From NCBI GenBank assembly GCA_964016885.1, contig OZ024741.1:350362001-350426000 (forward strand): a stretch of DNA of 64,000 nucleotides. Direction: 5' to 3'. The stretch's first letter is position 1. Every line of letters starts with the position of its first letter. The position numbers were made by a program, and so were the translations under genes. The stretch is from Eledone cirrhosa (lineage: Eukaryota). The notes under the pieces were generated by a model. The model made no database searches, was not told the DNA's origin, and saw only the letters and a program-made list of their open reading frames with translations. Below, piece by piece: positions 31,333-43,900 of the stretch.

Positions 31333-32140
31333 CCTCATAAATACTTTTTTCGTGTGTGTATGTGTGTAAATATATATATATTATTTTATCAAAGACATAA
31401 TAGTCAGCTGAAATACTCCCAGAACACATTTTAGAGAATATAAAAAGACGATAAAGTGTTGGCAACAGCGCGATTTCAATTCAAAAAATTCTAATTTCAA
31501 TTTGTCGACATAAGGGAATTAACTCTATAGTAATTTATGTCTACATTGATTTGTCTCCCCTAGATTCATTAATATATTACGACGTACGTGGAAAAAGCAT
31601 AACCAAATAGTTAAAGTTCACTTCGCAATCATTAGGTCCCAGGTTCGATCCCACTATGTAGCACCTAGGCCAAGTGTCGATTATTGTAACTTCGGCTTGA
31701 TAGCAGCCAAATTCCTTCAAATAATAAACTACCACCTTAAAAAAGGCACTTGAGCCAATGTAGTCGTAAAGACCGAATATTCATTGCCTTGTATAATCAG
31801 TTAACCTGGGAGTAAAAAAAAAAAAAAAAAAAAAAAAAAATCACTTTATTCGGTGCAACACAATACCATCGGAGTTGTACTTCTTGGTCAAGCTAACGGC
31901 TTTGAGACTGTGTAACGTAACCAAAGTAATCACATCGGGAAAGATGTAGTTAAATACGTAAGTTCTTAACACAGTTCACCTCAAGATGGAGATAAGAGAG
32001 GGGGGGGGGGTTTCTACGGAAAATGTTTATTCTTAAATTATGAATATAATACTCGAATTTTGTAGTTACAGAATTTGCTCAATTTATTCAATTTATTTTG
32101 CTGTGTTGTATATACATGTAATTAAGTACTGTATATATTA

Positions 32141-33560
32141 CACTGGTCAACAGCCAAAATGGTTCTTACATGTCAATATGTGCATCTTACTAATTTCATA
32201 GCAATAAATTCAGTTTTGATATTCATTTTTTGCTATCAGACGAGAATGCCTTAATATGAGATCGAAAATATGTTCCTCGTATTGCATTATTTATCCATTG
32301 TGTAACATATGATGACTTAGATATAAACATATTAACTTATTAATAAAAATATATAAACATATTTTTATTTATTTTTTTAACACTTAGTATATTAACAAAA
32401 CATTTTTGAACAATATTCTGAACATAAAATATTTCAAAACATTTTTTTTTAAATTTCTGGATTTTGCTTTTACGCTTGTTTTGCTGGCTCTCCTTACGTT
32501 GCAGTGTCCAACAGTAGTCGCCCATCATGTTGGGATTGAACCGACCCTGATACCTACTCTCCATTATGGCAATGTCCTGGTGAAACCTCTCTCCATGTTC
32601 ATCACTGATGTCTCCTAGATTACTTGGGATGACATTCGTGAACCCAGAGCGCGATAATTTTGTATTATAGTTTCAACAATTTCTTTATAGTTGTCTGCAC
32701 GGTGGTTTCCAAGAAAGTTCTGTGTCACATCTACAAATGATTTTCATGCATTAGTCTCCAAAGGGTTTAGTGTTTTCGTAAACTCACTATCATTAACCAG
32801 CATACGAATCTGAGGACCATTCAAAACCCCTGCTTTTAACTTTGCTTCAGATACCACTCTACCCAATTTCTTACACAAGTACTGAAACCCATTACCTGTA
32901 TGATCCATGCTTTTAATAAAGTTTTTGGCCAAGCCTAATTTGAGATGTAATGGAGGGAGGAATACTTTTTTCTGGATTCACGAGAGGTTTGTACAGACAG
33001 TTGAATCTACCGGGTGCATCCTTTGGTCTTGTTGGCCAATCCTTCTTCATGTAGTGCTCTGCATCTGCTCTACTATTCCACAAACATAAAAAAAACACAT
33101 ATGCTTTGTGTAACCAGTATGAAGACCTAGAAGTAGACTAATTAAGTTGTTTATGACGATGACGAGCGGTTGTAATGCAGACGCCAGGTTCCAGCAGATT
33201 TCGTTGCTTCAGTCTTGATCCCAGGAGCTCTGCCTTTTCTTTAGACAAATGTAGGTCTCTAATGAGATCGTGAAGAGCTTCCTGGTTAAATGGTATGGGT
33301 TCACTTGTCTCATGTTCGTCTTGATAGTCATCATCAATAGAGGTGCTACTGGAATCAGAACCAGAGATTAGCTCGTGTTCAGCAGGTGGAACTGGAACAG
33401 GTAATTCATCACTGTGAGGTACTGGTCGAATTGCTGACGAGATATCGGGGTATTGAAGTGTAGTTTGTGTCTCCACAGTTATTCCTTGGATGTTTATATG
33501 GCAGAAGTAGCAATCGTTATTGTGGTCTTTGGGTTCTCGCCACACCATTGGTACGGCACA
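32141..33560 (-). mobile_element. Chapaev3-like (CMC/Transib-related) DNA transposon remnant, 5'-truncated, pseudogenised transposase
   Basis: WREPKDHNNDCYFC, SAIRPVPHS, LSKEKAELLGSRLKQRNLL, FLCLWNSRA, PLHLKLGLAKNFIK, GPQIR, SDEHGERFHQDI, MMGDYCW; terminus CACTGGTCAACA at 32141. Confidence 0.8.
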
Positions 33561-33742
33561 CACACACACACATCTTGTATGTGAATATGTGTTGGCATGC
33601 CTGTATTACAGTGTTCATGTATGAACATTTACAAATGATACATGTGCATATGTGTAAGCATTTATACATGTGTATATTTGAGTGCATATATATGTATGTG
33701 TGTGTGTGTGTGTGTGTACACATACATACACATGTAATTATA

Positions 33743-33776
<34 letters not shown>

Positions 33777-33814
33777 TATAAATACAGATATCTATATCTA
33801 TATATATATATATA

Positions 33815-34370
33815 CACCCTATCTTGCTCAGAACATTGACCACCTGGAAACTGTTCAGAGACGTGCAACCAAGCGAATACCCTCCATCAGGCATCTACAA
33901 TACTCTGAACGCCTTGCTTTCCTGGGCATGGATACATTGAAGCTCCGACATCTGGCAACTGACTTGGTAAACACCCACAAAATTATTAACCATCTTGCCA
34001 ACAACAACCCTGAGCACCTTTTTGATTTCCATGTGTCTAACACACGTGGGCATGCCCACAAGGTCAGAAAACAGCACAGTTCCCATGACTTTCGGAAACA
34101 TTTTTTCACGCTCAGAGTTGCTGAAGCATGGAACAAACTACCTGCATCAGTTGTTAGCTGTCGAAACACTGCATCCTTTAAAACCTCCATGCTTCATGAG
34201 ATTCGCCAACACTACACCTAATATTCCCCCTCCATACACACACACACACATGTATATCATGACTCATACACTATTCACTTCCCTGACATTTGTATATTAT
34301 TCTATGTACTATACATGCACCTTTGACAAGTTGTAGCGCACCTAAGCACTTTACACAATTTCATTATTAT

Positions 34371-34375
<5 letters not shown>
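33815..34375 (+). mobile_element. CR1-group LINE 3' fragment
   Basis: ETVQRRATKRIP...YSERL..L..NTRGH..FFTLRVAEAWNKLP; (ATT)n tail. Confidence 0.92.
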
Positions 34376-34427
<52 letters not shown>

Positions 34428-34428
<1 letters not shown>

Positions 34429-34755
34429 AAGGAAGGAAGGCATTCCGTCGGTTACGACTAGTGTTCCAGTTGATCCGATCAATGGAACAGCCTGCTCATG
34501 ATATTAACGTGAAAGTGGATGAGCATTCCACAGACGCGCGTACCCCTAACGTAATTCTTAGGGAGATTTAGTGTAACATAGAATGTGGCATGGCTGGCCC
34601 TTCGAATTACAGGTACAACTCATTTCTACAGCTGAGTGAACTGGAGCAACATGAAATAAAGTGTCTTGCTCAAGGACAACGCGTTGCCGGGAATTGAACT
34701 CACGAACTTACGATTGTGAACCGAATACTCTAACCACAAAGCCACTCGCCTTACG
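34428..34755 (-). mobile_element. tRNA-derived SINE family B (others ~18900-19135, 25410-25625, 26180-26280, 44610-44920, 48090-48345, 50970-51315, all -)
   Basis: Shared GAAATAAAGTGTCTTGCTCAAGGACACAAC..AATCGAACTC..CTAACCACTA (reverse A/B boxes). Confidence 0.85.
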
Positions 34756-35084
34756 TGTGCATATACACATACATACATACATACATACACGAACACAAAC
34801 TATTACACACTCACACACGACATTTCTGTTAATCCTCATCGCATTAGTATTATGGATTTGCCAACAGGAAGAGATTTATTAAATCACTGTAAGAGCAGCA
34901 ATCAGTGAAATTGTAGCTATTTAAACACCTTATTGACATCAATCGTTGCACGCACAATCTAAGTATATCTGAAGAGATACTCATTAACAAATCACAAGGA
35001 GCCTCTATCTGGTCTCTTAGCTACTAAAAATAGCAGCCAAGTTTCCTTCATATCATACTTTACTAGCCTGAAAAAAAAATTAGA

Positions 35085-35700
35085 AGGCCACATTCAAATA
35101 TCTCAGGGCCATTTTCACAAGGGATGGAAGGCAGGAGGCTGAATTAAATGCAAGAATTGCAAGAGTTGGCGCATTACTGCACCAGCTTCCGCACTTGGTC
35201 ATCAGAAGAATGCAAGTAGGTGTAAGAGCCAAATTCGCTATCTTCAATTGGGTGTTCGTGCCTACCTTTACATATGATCGTGAATATTGGGTAATGTCCG
35301 AAAGAATATGATCGTGGATACGAGTGGCCGAAATGGGGTTCCTCTGAAGGGTCTTTGGAGTAACATTACTCAATAGGGTGCATAGTTTGGAAATCAAAGA
35401 ATCACTCCAGGTAGAGTCACTACTACTCTGAATCGTGAAACCACAGTTCCAATACTAAGGACATGTGGTTTGAATATCTAAGGAAAGAATCGTTAGACAA
35501 ATTTTACAGGAAAAGCCAACCGGCATGAGCCCCTGAGGTAGCCCACGAGCAACATGATTGGATAACATCCATGAGTTCGGTTGGTGTTACTAGGGGATCC
35601 AGCAAGATCAACTGAGGGCGGTTACTTCTGATAGGACCCTCTGGAAGGCATGTCTGAAGACTGACAACACGACCTTCCTAGGAATTAGTGGGGGGAAGAG
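35085..35700 (+). mobile_element. RTE (Rex3/Expander-like) LINE 3' fragment; tails also at ~25000-25150 (-) and 47185-47345 (+)
   Basis: FKYLRAIFTRDGR..ELNARI..AKFAIF..FVPTLTY.REYWVMSER..AEMGFL. Confidence 0.85.
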
Positions 35701-36112
35701 GACACATTGGAGAATGTAGTCTGAGAGATAATATCTGAAAATACATATGATGGCTTTAGCCATAGGTATGTCTACTTATTAGGCAACAAGAAGATTAAAT
35801 GGTCAAATATTGGCCAATTCCATAGAAATTTGTATAAAATATTACAATGAGGTGATTTGTCATGAGAAGTGAAAATTCCCAATGTTTCGAACACTTCACG
35901 AAGGGAAAAGATAAAAGCTAATTTCATTACCACAAAGTTGCCAATAATAAAATAAAGAAAAAAAGAAGAAAAAATGATTTAAAAAAATAAAGCAAAGAAG
36001 GTTATGGATCAACAGTGAGTTTCAGGAGAGGATGAATGAAGAAGTGATAGAAAAACAAAAGTTACAGAGTATCAAAAACAATAGAAATAAACAAAAGTAG
36101 AGGGGGTGAGGA

Positions 36113-38674
36113 CACAGTGAGCCCAAAATGCCAAATTTGGGAATAAATTCATATCTCTGCAAAACAATTGATGCAAAGAAGTCGTTTATAGCTCATTGGA
36201 AGCATTTTGGCAAGATGCAACTGGCGGAGTGGAAACTATTCAAAGAAAGCATCTAATTTTGAAGATATAACTTAATTTCTTTTTCTGACATTTGCTGCAA
36301 AATTTGTTAAATTGCTGTGATTTGTGGTTGGCAGAAAAATAAATGTATTAGATTTGTAAATGTTATCAATTACTTCATAAGGATCGATTTTGCATACTTA
36401 GAGGAGTATCTCTCTCTCTCTGGATCCAGCAAAACAGACCATTTATATTGTTGTGTTATTAGCCATTAGAATTATGGCTCGCTAATAACATTATTTGGAC
36501 AAACTCTGTTCCAAACAGCACTGTTTGCTCATCCAGTTTTGTTAGTATAAGCTGAAGAGGATCAGGATATGCTGTCTGTAAAACTTGAGCCTTCTTTGGA
36601 TGTTATCAGGGAAAGTTTTGGTTCATGTGTCACAGTGAATGACATAAATGTGAATGTCACTTGCAAAACAGTGTTCAATGAATAATGGCAAGTCGGTATC
36701 ACTTCTTCAAGGTGACAATTCTGTCATTTATGTCGTGCCACCCACACAAGCTGATGCAAATGATACTCCATTAATATCTGATAGATTCCAGATATCAATG
36801 GCTTATAATTACTACAACGAAGCATGGGTAAAATTAGTTGCTGGTGAAAGGCAGGGTCAGTGCCATGAAAACGTTATAAAAGCAGATTTGCATTGTTTCT
36901 CAGTCCTTCACTCTAAACTGAGATTAGATTTTTCTCAAAAGATTTAGTATCACTTGGTTGCCAGTCAATAAACATGGGGTGAAGCTTAAAATATATTGTG
37001 GTTTAATTCAGCATGCCAAGTAACAGTTCATTGACCATATCAGGCCAACCACTGGAATGCTAATGGACTACCCAGTGGAATATGTGTGAACACCAATACA
37101 GGACCATTGGTTGACCGATTTTTCAGTCCGAAAAACTGCCAAAATATACGTTCTCTCATTTTGAACTAGGAAGACAAGGACAATTATAAAATATTCTTGT
37201 CTCTGACTAATGTTATTCTCCAGTCACACAATCAGTGAATGAGAAGAAGGTAAGGTCTGACAGACTGAAGGTACTAAGGATAGATTTACTGTTACACCTA
37301 AAAAACTCATTTCTTGATGAGAGAGGCTTCTCGGTGGGTGGTTATAATTCCACCATTCCTTCAAATGTGTGCTCACAGCTGGGAACTTTTTGAATGGAAT
37401 GGTGGGCAGTCACTTGCAAAATGGAGTGAAAATCCACTTGAAAGCTGGAACAAACACAGGCCATTCCACCAGAGTGGGGCAGCTGCAAGATCTTGCCAGC
37501 TTTCAGTAAAAGACAACATTGATCACATCTGAAGGGTGCTTATAATGTCCCATCCGGAAAGTTCATCAAAAAGACCTCGCCCTAGCTTCTCCATTTGTAA
37601 AGAAATAGACACACAGCTGGGTCACTCAAGCATGTTTCAGTTTCAACACAAGAGGAAAATTGCCTCCATGTATTTTACACAGACATAGAGAATGAATATA
37701 TTGAGAATCAATCTTGCGGAGCACTAGAAAATTTTTACTTTGTATTAATTTGCATTCAGTTTCAAAATTAACCTTTTCTAAGTTCTCACTGCAAAGCCTC
37801 TATATTATTTCTAAATGGCAATTATTGTTCAACATCAAGTCCCTATCATATGACTATTTTCAATGGAGTTGCCTCTCTAATTTCAGCGTTTTAGATATGT
37901 AGTTTTTTTCGACCAGTGAAAGATTTTCTTGATAACAGTGCCAACGGCACTTGACTACCCTTAATTGGACACTGGGATAACGAAATGTCTATAAATACCT
38001 TTATTAAACATTTCAATCCATTTCAGTATCATTATATTAGGTACCATCAAACAAAAGTATGCATTATTTTCATGGGGTATTGATCTGTTGCAAGCTCCAA
38101 CAAAGAGCATTCAAGTCAGCATAAAACTTCAGCTTTTAAGTCCTTTTAACTGAATTTTTGCTTGAAAGTCCACCATAGCCAGCCAATTTCAGAACATATT
38201 AATTCGATAGCATGGAAAGATGTGAATTTTTTTAATTTTGTTTTTTTAAAGACTTAAAGCAAAAATGGCATAATTTAATTACAACAAATACATTTCTAAA
38301 AGTTGCCTGATTTGTGTTAGACATGTTTAAAAAATTACACTAAGCAGGGTAAAATTCAATAAATTATCTTTCAGAAAAGTGCTAGTTCAATCTCTGGTTT
38401 ATTGGCTTTGATATTTTATGGCCTATTCATTTTGGATGATTTTTAAAGATATTTTGTGAATTTTTGTTAACTAATTTTTTGTGCAAAAGAACTGCAAAAT
38501 AACTAACTTTAAATTACCATAAAATTCTATAGACATAATCTTTTCAACTGTGATTTTTTGTTTTGTTTTGTTTTTTTGCTTCTTCTTCCTAAAGGTCTTA
38601 TTCAACAGGATATTTGCAATAAACAATGATAGGAAAACCTTCAAAAAATATTTTCCCACTCTAGGCACACTGTG
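36113..38674 (+). mobile_element. Transib/RAG1-core-like DNA transposon with CACAGTG-initiated TIRs; decayed, internally deleted transposase
   Basis: TIRs CACAGTGAGCCCAAAATG / CACAGTGTGCCTAGAGTG. Ordered motifs IWTNSVPNS..PVLLV*AEED, SMNNGK (DGK decayed), FCHLCRAT, FSVLHSKLR, NTNTGPLVDRFF, CAHSWELFE..WSENPLESWNKH. Confidence 0.85.
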
Positions 38675-39760
38675 AAGAGGGGTGAGAGTGAGGGAAGAAG
38701 AGAAGAAGAGAGGGGAGAGATAAGGAGGAGGAGAGAGAGAGGAGAAGAGAAGAGGGGGAGGAGAGAGAGAGGAGAAGAGAAGAGGGGGAGGAGAGAGCGA
38801 GGAGAAGAGAAGAAGAGGAGGAGGAAAGAGAGAGGAGGAGGAGAGAGAGAGAGGAGGAGGGGAGAGAGAGGGGGGAGGGGAGAAGGGAGGGGGGATAAGG
38901 AGGAGGAGAGAGAGAGGGGAAGAGAGAGAGAAGAGAGAGAGGAGAAGAGAAGAAGAGGAGGAGGGGAGAGAGAGAGGAGAAGAGAAGAAGAGGAGGAGGG
39001 GAGGGGAGGGGAGGAGATAGAGAGAGGGAGAGAGAGAAGAGGAGGGGGGGATAAGGAGGAGGAGAGAGAGAGGAGAAGAGAAGAAGAGGAGGAGGGGAGA
39101 GAGAGAGAAGAGAAGAAGAGGAGGGGGGAGGGAGGGAGGGGGAGGTGGAGGAGAGAGAGGAGGAGGAGAGAGAGGAGGAGGAGAGAGAGGAGGAGGAGAG
39201 AGAGGAGGAGGAGAGAGAGGAGGAGGAGAGAGAGGAGGAGGAGAGAGAGGAGGAGGAGGAGAGAGGAGGAGGAGGAGGAGAGAGGAGGAGGGAGAGAGAG
39301 AGGAGGAGGAGAGAGGAGGAGGAGGAGAGAAGAAGAGAGAGAAGGAGAGAAGAAGAGCGAGGAGGAGAGAAGAAGAGAGAGAAGGAGAGAAGAAGAGCGA
39401 GAGGAGGAGAGAAGAAGAGAGAGAGAGGAGGAGAGAAGAAGAGAGAGAGGGGAGGAGAGAAGAAGAGAGAGGAGAGAAGAAGAGCGAGAGGAGGAGAGAA
39501 GAAGAGCGAGAGGAGGAGAGAAGAAGAGAGAGAGAGGAGGAGAGAAGAAGAGAGAGAGAGAGGAGGAGAGAAGAAGAGAGAGGGGAGGAGAGGAGAAGAA
39601 GAGAGGGGAGGAGAGGAGAAGAAGAGAGGGGAGGAGAGAGGAGAAGAAGAGAGGGGAGGAGAGAGGGGAGGAGAGAGGGGAGGAGAGAGGGGAGGAGAGA
39701 GGGGAGGAGAGAGGAGAAGAAGAGAGAGGAGGAGAGAGGAGGCGGCAAGAAGAGAAAGAG
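38675..39760. repeat. ~1.1 kb nearly pure polypurine (GA/GGA) tract
   Basis: Directly visible; the E/R- and S/L/P-rich ORFs are artefacts. Confidence 0.95.
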
Positions 39761-40359
39761 GCCAGCAATTATCCAGTGTATTACTGGTACTTTATTTTAT
39801 CGACCCCGAAAGGATGAAAGGCAAAGCTAACCTCGGCGGGATTTGAACTCAGACCATAAAGGGCCGTAACTCTTTACTGCAAAGCATGGCGTCCGACCCT
39901 CTACCGATACTGCCAATCCACCAATTATTAATAATGCTATATCATGCAATGGCCATACTCGATAACGAGGGGGCAGCCACCATGAGTGAGAGAGAGAGAA
40001 ATGTCTTAATGAATACTAGGAGTCTCTCTAAGAGAAGGTAACTCTGATATAAAACCTGCAACTTTGTTTGCATCCAGTCATGTAGACCAGTTCTACTTCT
40101 TGCATAAATGCATTTGATGTTCAGAGAGAAAGATTGGCCCCACTGCAAAGCTTTTCCTCACTTAAAAAAGCCTTCAAGCACAAGCATCACTTGATATGTG
40201 ACATTTTTGGCGATGCATGCCATGCTAGCCATAGGAAAGTCCCTAGCAGGACTAAAAAGCCATGTCCATGATGCCTATACTTAAGTATCAAGCGATGGCA
40301 TTACTCGAAATCGGGTTGCAGCCATCCTGTATGGTGTATATGTATGTGTGTATGTGTAC

Positions 40360-40992
40360 ATCATCATCATCATCATCATCGTTTAACGTCCCTGTTCCAC
40401 GCTTGCATGGGTTTGGACGGGGGTTTTCCCACTTGAGGCAAGAGTGGTTGTCTTGCTCGCATAGGACTGTCTGGCGGGTTTTCTACAGCTGGATGCCCTT
40501 CCTAACACCAACCACATTTACAGTGTGGGGCTGGGAGGTTTTTACCGTGTTGCCTACACGGCCACATTACAGCGTGGACTGTGTGTTTTTTGTCGTGACA
40601 CCTACACAATCTCATTTGTTTCGGCCTGGATGTTGTGGCACCAACATAACTTTGCATTGAAGGGGGCGGTGTGGATGGGGTGGGACGGGGGTGTATTTTG
40701 TTAGAAATGCCTACTGACTAGTAGGTTTTACTTTGTATTTAGGTAAGGCGGGTCTTCTCTGTTACTGAGTACCGCCAAAGGTCTCGGTCCAGTGACATTG
40801 TCTTGGAGAGGTGTAAGTGTGTGAGGTCGGAATTTATCAGCTCGTCCCAGGTTTTCCTAGGTCTGCCTACTCCGTGGCTACCATCTATCTTTATTGCCCT
40901 GCACTTTGTTGTACAGCTGTCGTCTTTCATGCGCATCACGTGACCATACCAACGTAGCCTTCTCTCGAGTAAACAACATCTGATCCCTCTTA
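40360..40992 (-). mobile_element. RTE-type LINE 3' end with 3' UTR and (GAT)n tail
   Basis: RRLRWYGHVMRMKDDS..GRPRKTWDELI; closely similar to 58530-59110. Confidence 0.92.
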
Positions 40993-43900
40993 TGTATATA
41001 TGTATGTGTAAGTATGTATATACGTATTTGTGTATGTGTACGTATGTATATGTATTTGTGTATGTGTACATATGTATATATGTATTTGTGTATATGTATA
41101 TATGCATTTGTGTATATGTACGTATGTATATGTGCGTGTGTACGTATGTATATGTGGGTGTGTACATATCTATATATGAGTATGTATGTTTATATGTGTA
41201 CATATGTATGAATGTGAATGGAAGTATATACGTATGTATGTATACTTATGCGTATGTGTGTGTACATATGTATATGCATGTGCGTATGTGTACTTATGTA
41301 TATGTGTGAAACATACTGCTAATGACCACCCTTGCTTCCATAGAGATCCAATCTGACTTGTCTCACAGTGGGACAACTCGTTTAACCCATGCTAGTGTAG
41401 GAAAATGGACATAAACAGTGATGGTGATGATTATTTTAATAATGAACATAGCCTTATCTAACATTCCTCTGAAAATGGAGTGAAGTGACTTGAAGAAGTG
41501 TTTTATAAATGTACCATTATCCAGGACTTAAAGAAAAATTGTTTCAAAAGTGGTTGCACCATTACCCATTGTAACTTTGAAAGTAGAGTGAAACAATATA
41601 AATAAACACAACATAGCATTTTCTAAGCTTCTTTTGAAAATAGAGTGAACAGTCCCAGACTCAGCAGGCTCTGGTTGACAGTTCCTAAAATGAGCCCCTA
41701 TCCAGAGTTACAGCTACCACCACCACCACTACTATCCATATACCACTTGACTTCAAAATGCTAGATTAGGTTAGTTTTTAGTATGTGTTGAAAAGTGAAG
41801 AGGGAAGGAACTGGGGGCTAGCAACTTTATCCCCATTAATCAAAACTGCTAGAGAAACAAAAAAAAGGTCATCCTATGTTTCTTAGATAGCAAAAGAAAC
41901 TAAAGAAAATAAAGACAGAAATGGATTCAATTGAATACTCACTTCCCATCTCTCCACACAAAAAAATAATAAGTTGGCTTTATTCAAGAAGTGCCTATCA
42001 GATAAGTCCTATCCCATACATTCATCTAGCTAGGCAGAGGCCTGGCATATCTGAAAAAATATCTATGTGGATCACATGTAGCAGTTCCTCTGACTACATG
42101 TATATAATTTGGTCAGCTGGTACAGGGCTTAAGTAGGATTATATAAGATCAAAAGAAAATCAGCTTCATGCATGGTTGATACTTAACCCCATGCCAGATA
42201 TGTTCAAACAGATCTATTATTAACAAAAGCATTCTAGTTCCCATTCCCTTCCTCCATTTTTTTAAAAAGAAAAGTAAGCAAGGTTTTGATTTGAGGGAGG
42301 TTTTGCTATTTTTTAGCAGGTCAGACTTCTTTGTGTAGCTAAAAGACTGTCATGTAAATTTTTGGCATGAGCATGATAGCAACTGTGTTGTAGGAATGCT
42401 ATGGGTCCTTAACATCTGATTGAGCCATAGGGGAGTTGTAATGACAATCATAGACATTTAAACCAGAAGTGGCCCATTTATCTCCATGTCAGTGAGAGGT
42501 GGTAGAGTGACAAAGCAATTTAGAGGAAGAGTTGGCTCCTGTACATGACTAGACTGGACTGGTACTTTATTCATCAACTTCAAAAGGATGAAAGGCAAAA
42601 TTGACATTACCGGGAATTGAACTCAGAATGAAGAGAGCCAGAACAAATACCACAAAGCATTCTATCTAATGTTCTAATGACTCTACCAATTCTCTGGAAA
42701 TATGGTTTTGTATATCTAAGGATAAGTCAGTTCAGGAGAAAATTGTTACCTAATTTGTTACAGAAACAGAAATTGCAGCTGAATTGTCTTCTGCAGAAAT
42801 AAAATATGCAAACAGAAAAGTGCAGCAATTCTGAACAATGAATCTAAAATGTGCAGTAAGTAGATGTCTGGATTTAACCCTTTAGAATTTAAACCGGCTA
42901 TATCCAGCCAGAATTTTCTAACCTCTTTCTGTTCAAATCTGCTGTAACCAGCTGCTTATACTGATGTTAAGGTATTGTTCTCAAAATAAATAATATTAAA
43001 ATCTCATAGATTCAATATCATGTAAGATAATTATATTAACCATGAAAATACAATAATATATATAGATTAATGTAAATGCTAAAGGGTTAAAGAAAATGAG
43101 TAACCCTTGCCAACAGGGGATAAAAGCAGCTGTTAAATGATGATGATGATGATGGACAATCGCTACCTTTAACTCCACCCCCATGTGGCACTGGAACTAC
43201 TGATTTTCTGATAAGAATGAATGAGAGTATACATCAGAATTAAATAAAACATAACTGATATTTGACAAAAACAATAAAAAAGATGCAAAGGATATAAATA
43301 TCTCCCCCACACCGCATTAGTGAATAATTTAATTGCAGTGAACATGTTGAAGGTAAGAGTTTAACTCCTGTCATCCTTCCAACTGACCTCCTGACCTTTC
43401 AGCTGGTAGCCAAAAGAGGAGGGTGGGTGGAACAGAGACGTTAATGAAGCTGAGAAGTATTTGTAATGTAATGACTATTTTTACAAATATGTTTGTCACA
43501 AATGCTTTAAATCTCAACGTTGTGCTCAACCACAGCTGCTCTCATGATATATGAGGTGGGGGCAGGAAGTGTGGTGGGAGAATGCATTCTGGCATACAGG
43601 ACCTTCAGCCACTGGCTGCCTCATTGTCCAAGCAGACAGAATGGAGAAAGCATCACCCAGAAGGATAATAAGCCAGATGCATTGAAATAGCATTCTAATT
43701 CGTAGGCCTCAGCAGGTGGCCAGTTCCATCCCGATAGCAGTAAGCAAAGCAGGGAGGTGGTCCATGAACCAAGAACATCGGAAGTCTCCACCACTTTATT
43801 ATAACAAAGAGTTAAAATCAGTATCAATTATTACTGGGATGAGTTAATTCAAATTCACCAGAGATCAATATAAAATGCCAGTCAAAATACTGATGCCAAT

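Noticed and set aside
31595-31700. tRNA-like GGTTCGATCCC sequence
   Set aside because: Continues into a SINE body (GGCCAAGTGTC) and forms no cloverleaf; a SINE head, not a tRNA gene
37700-38640. Possible convergent RAG2-like gene in the Transib 3' region
   Set aside because: No substantial minus-strand ORF or kelch-like GG motifs; reads as AT-rich subterminal DNA
38471-39846. E/R-rich and S/L/P-rich ORFs
   Set aside because: Polypurine tract open in most frames
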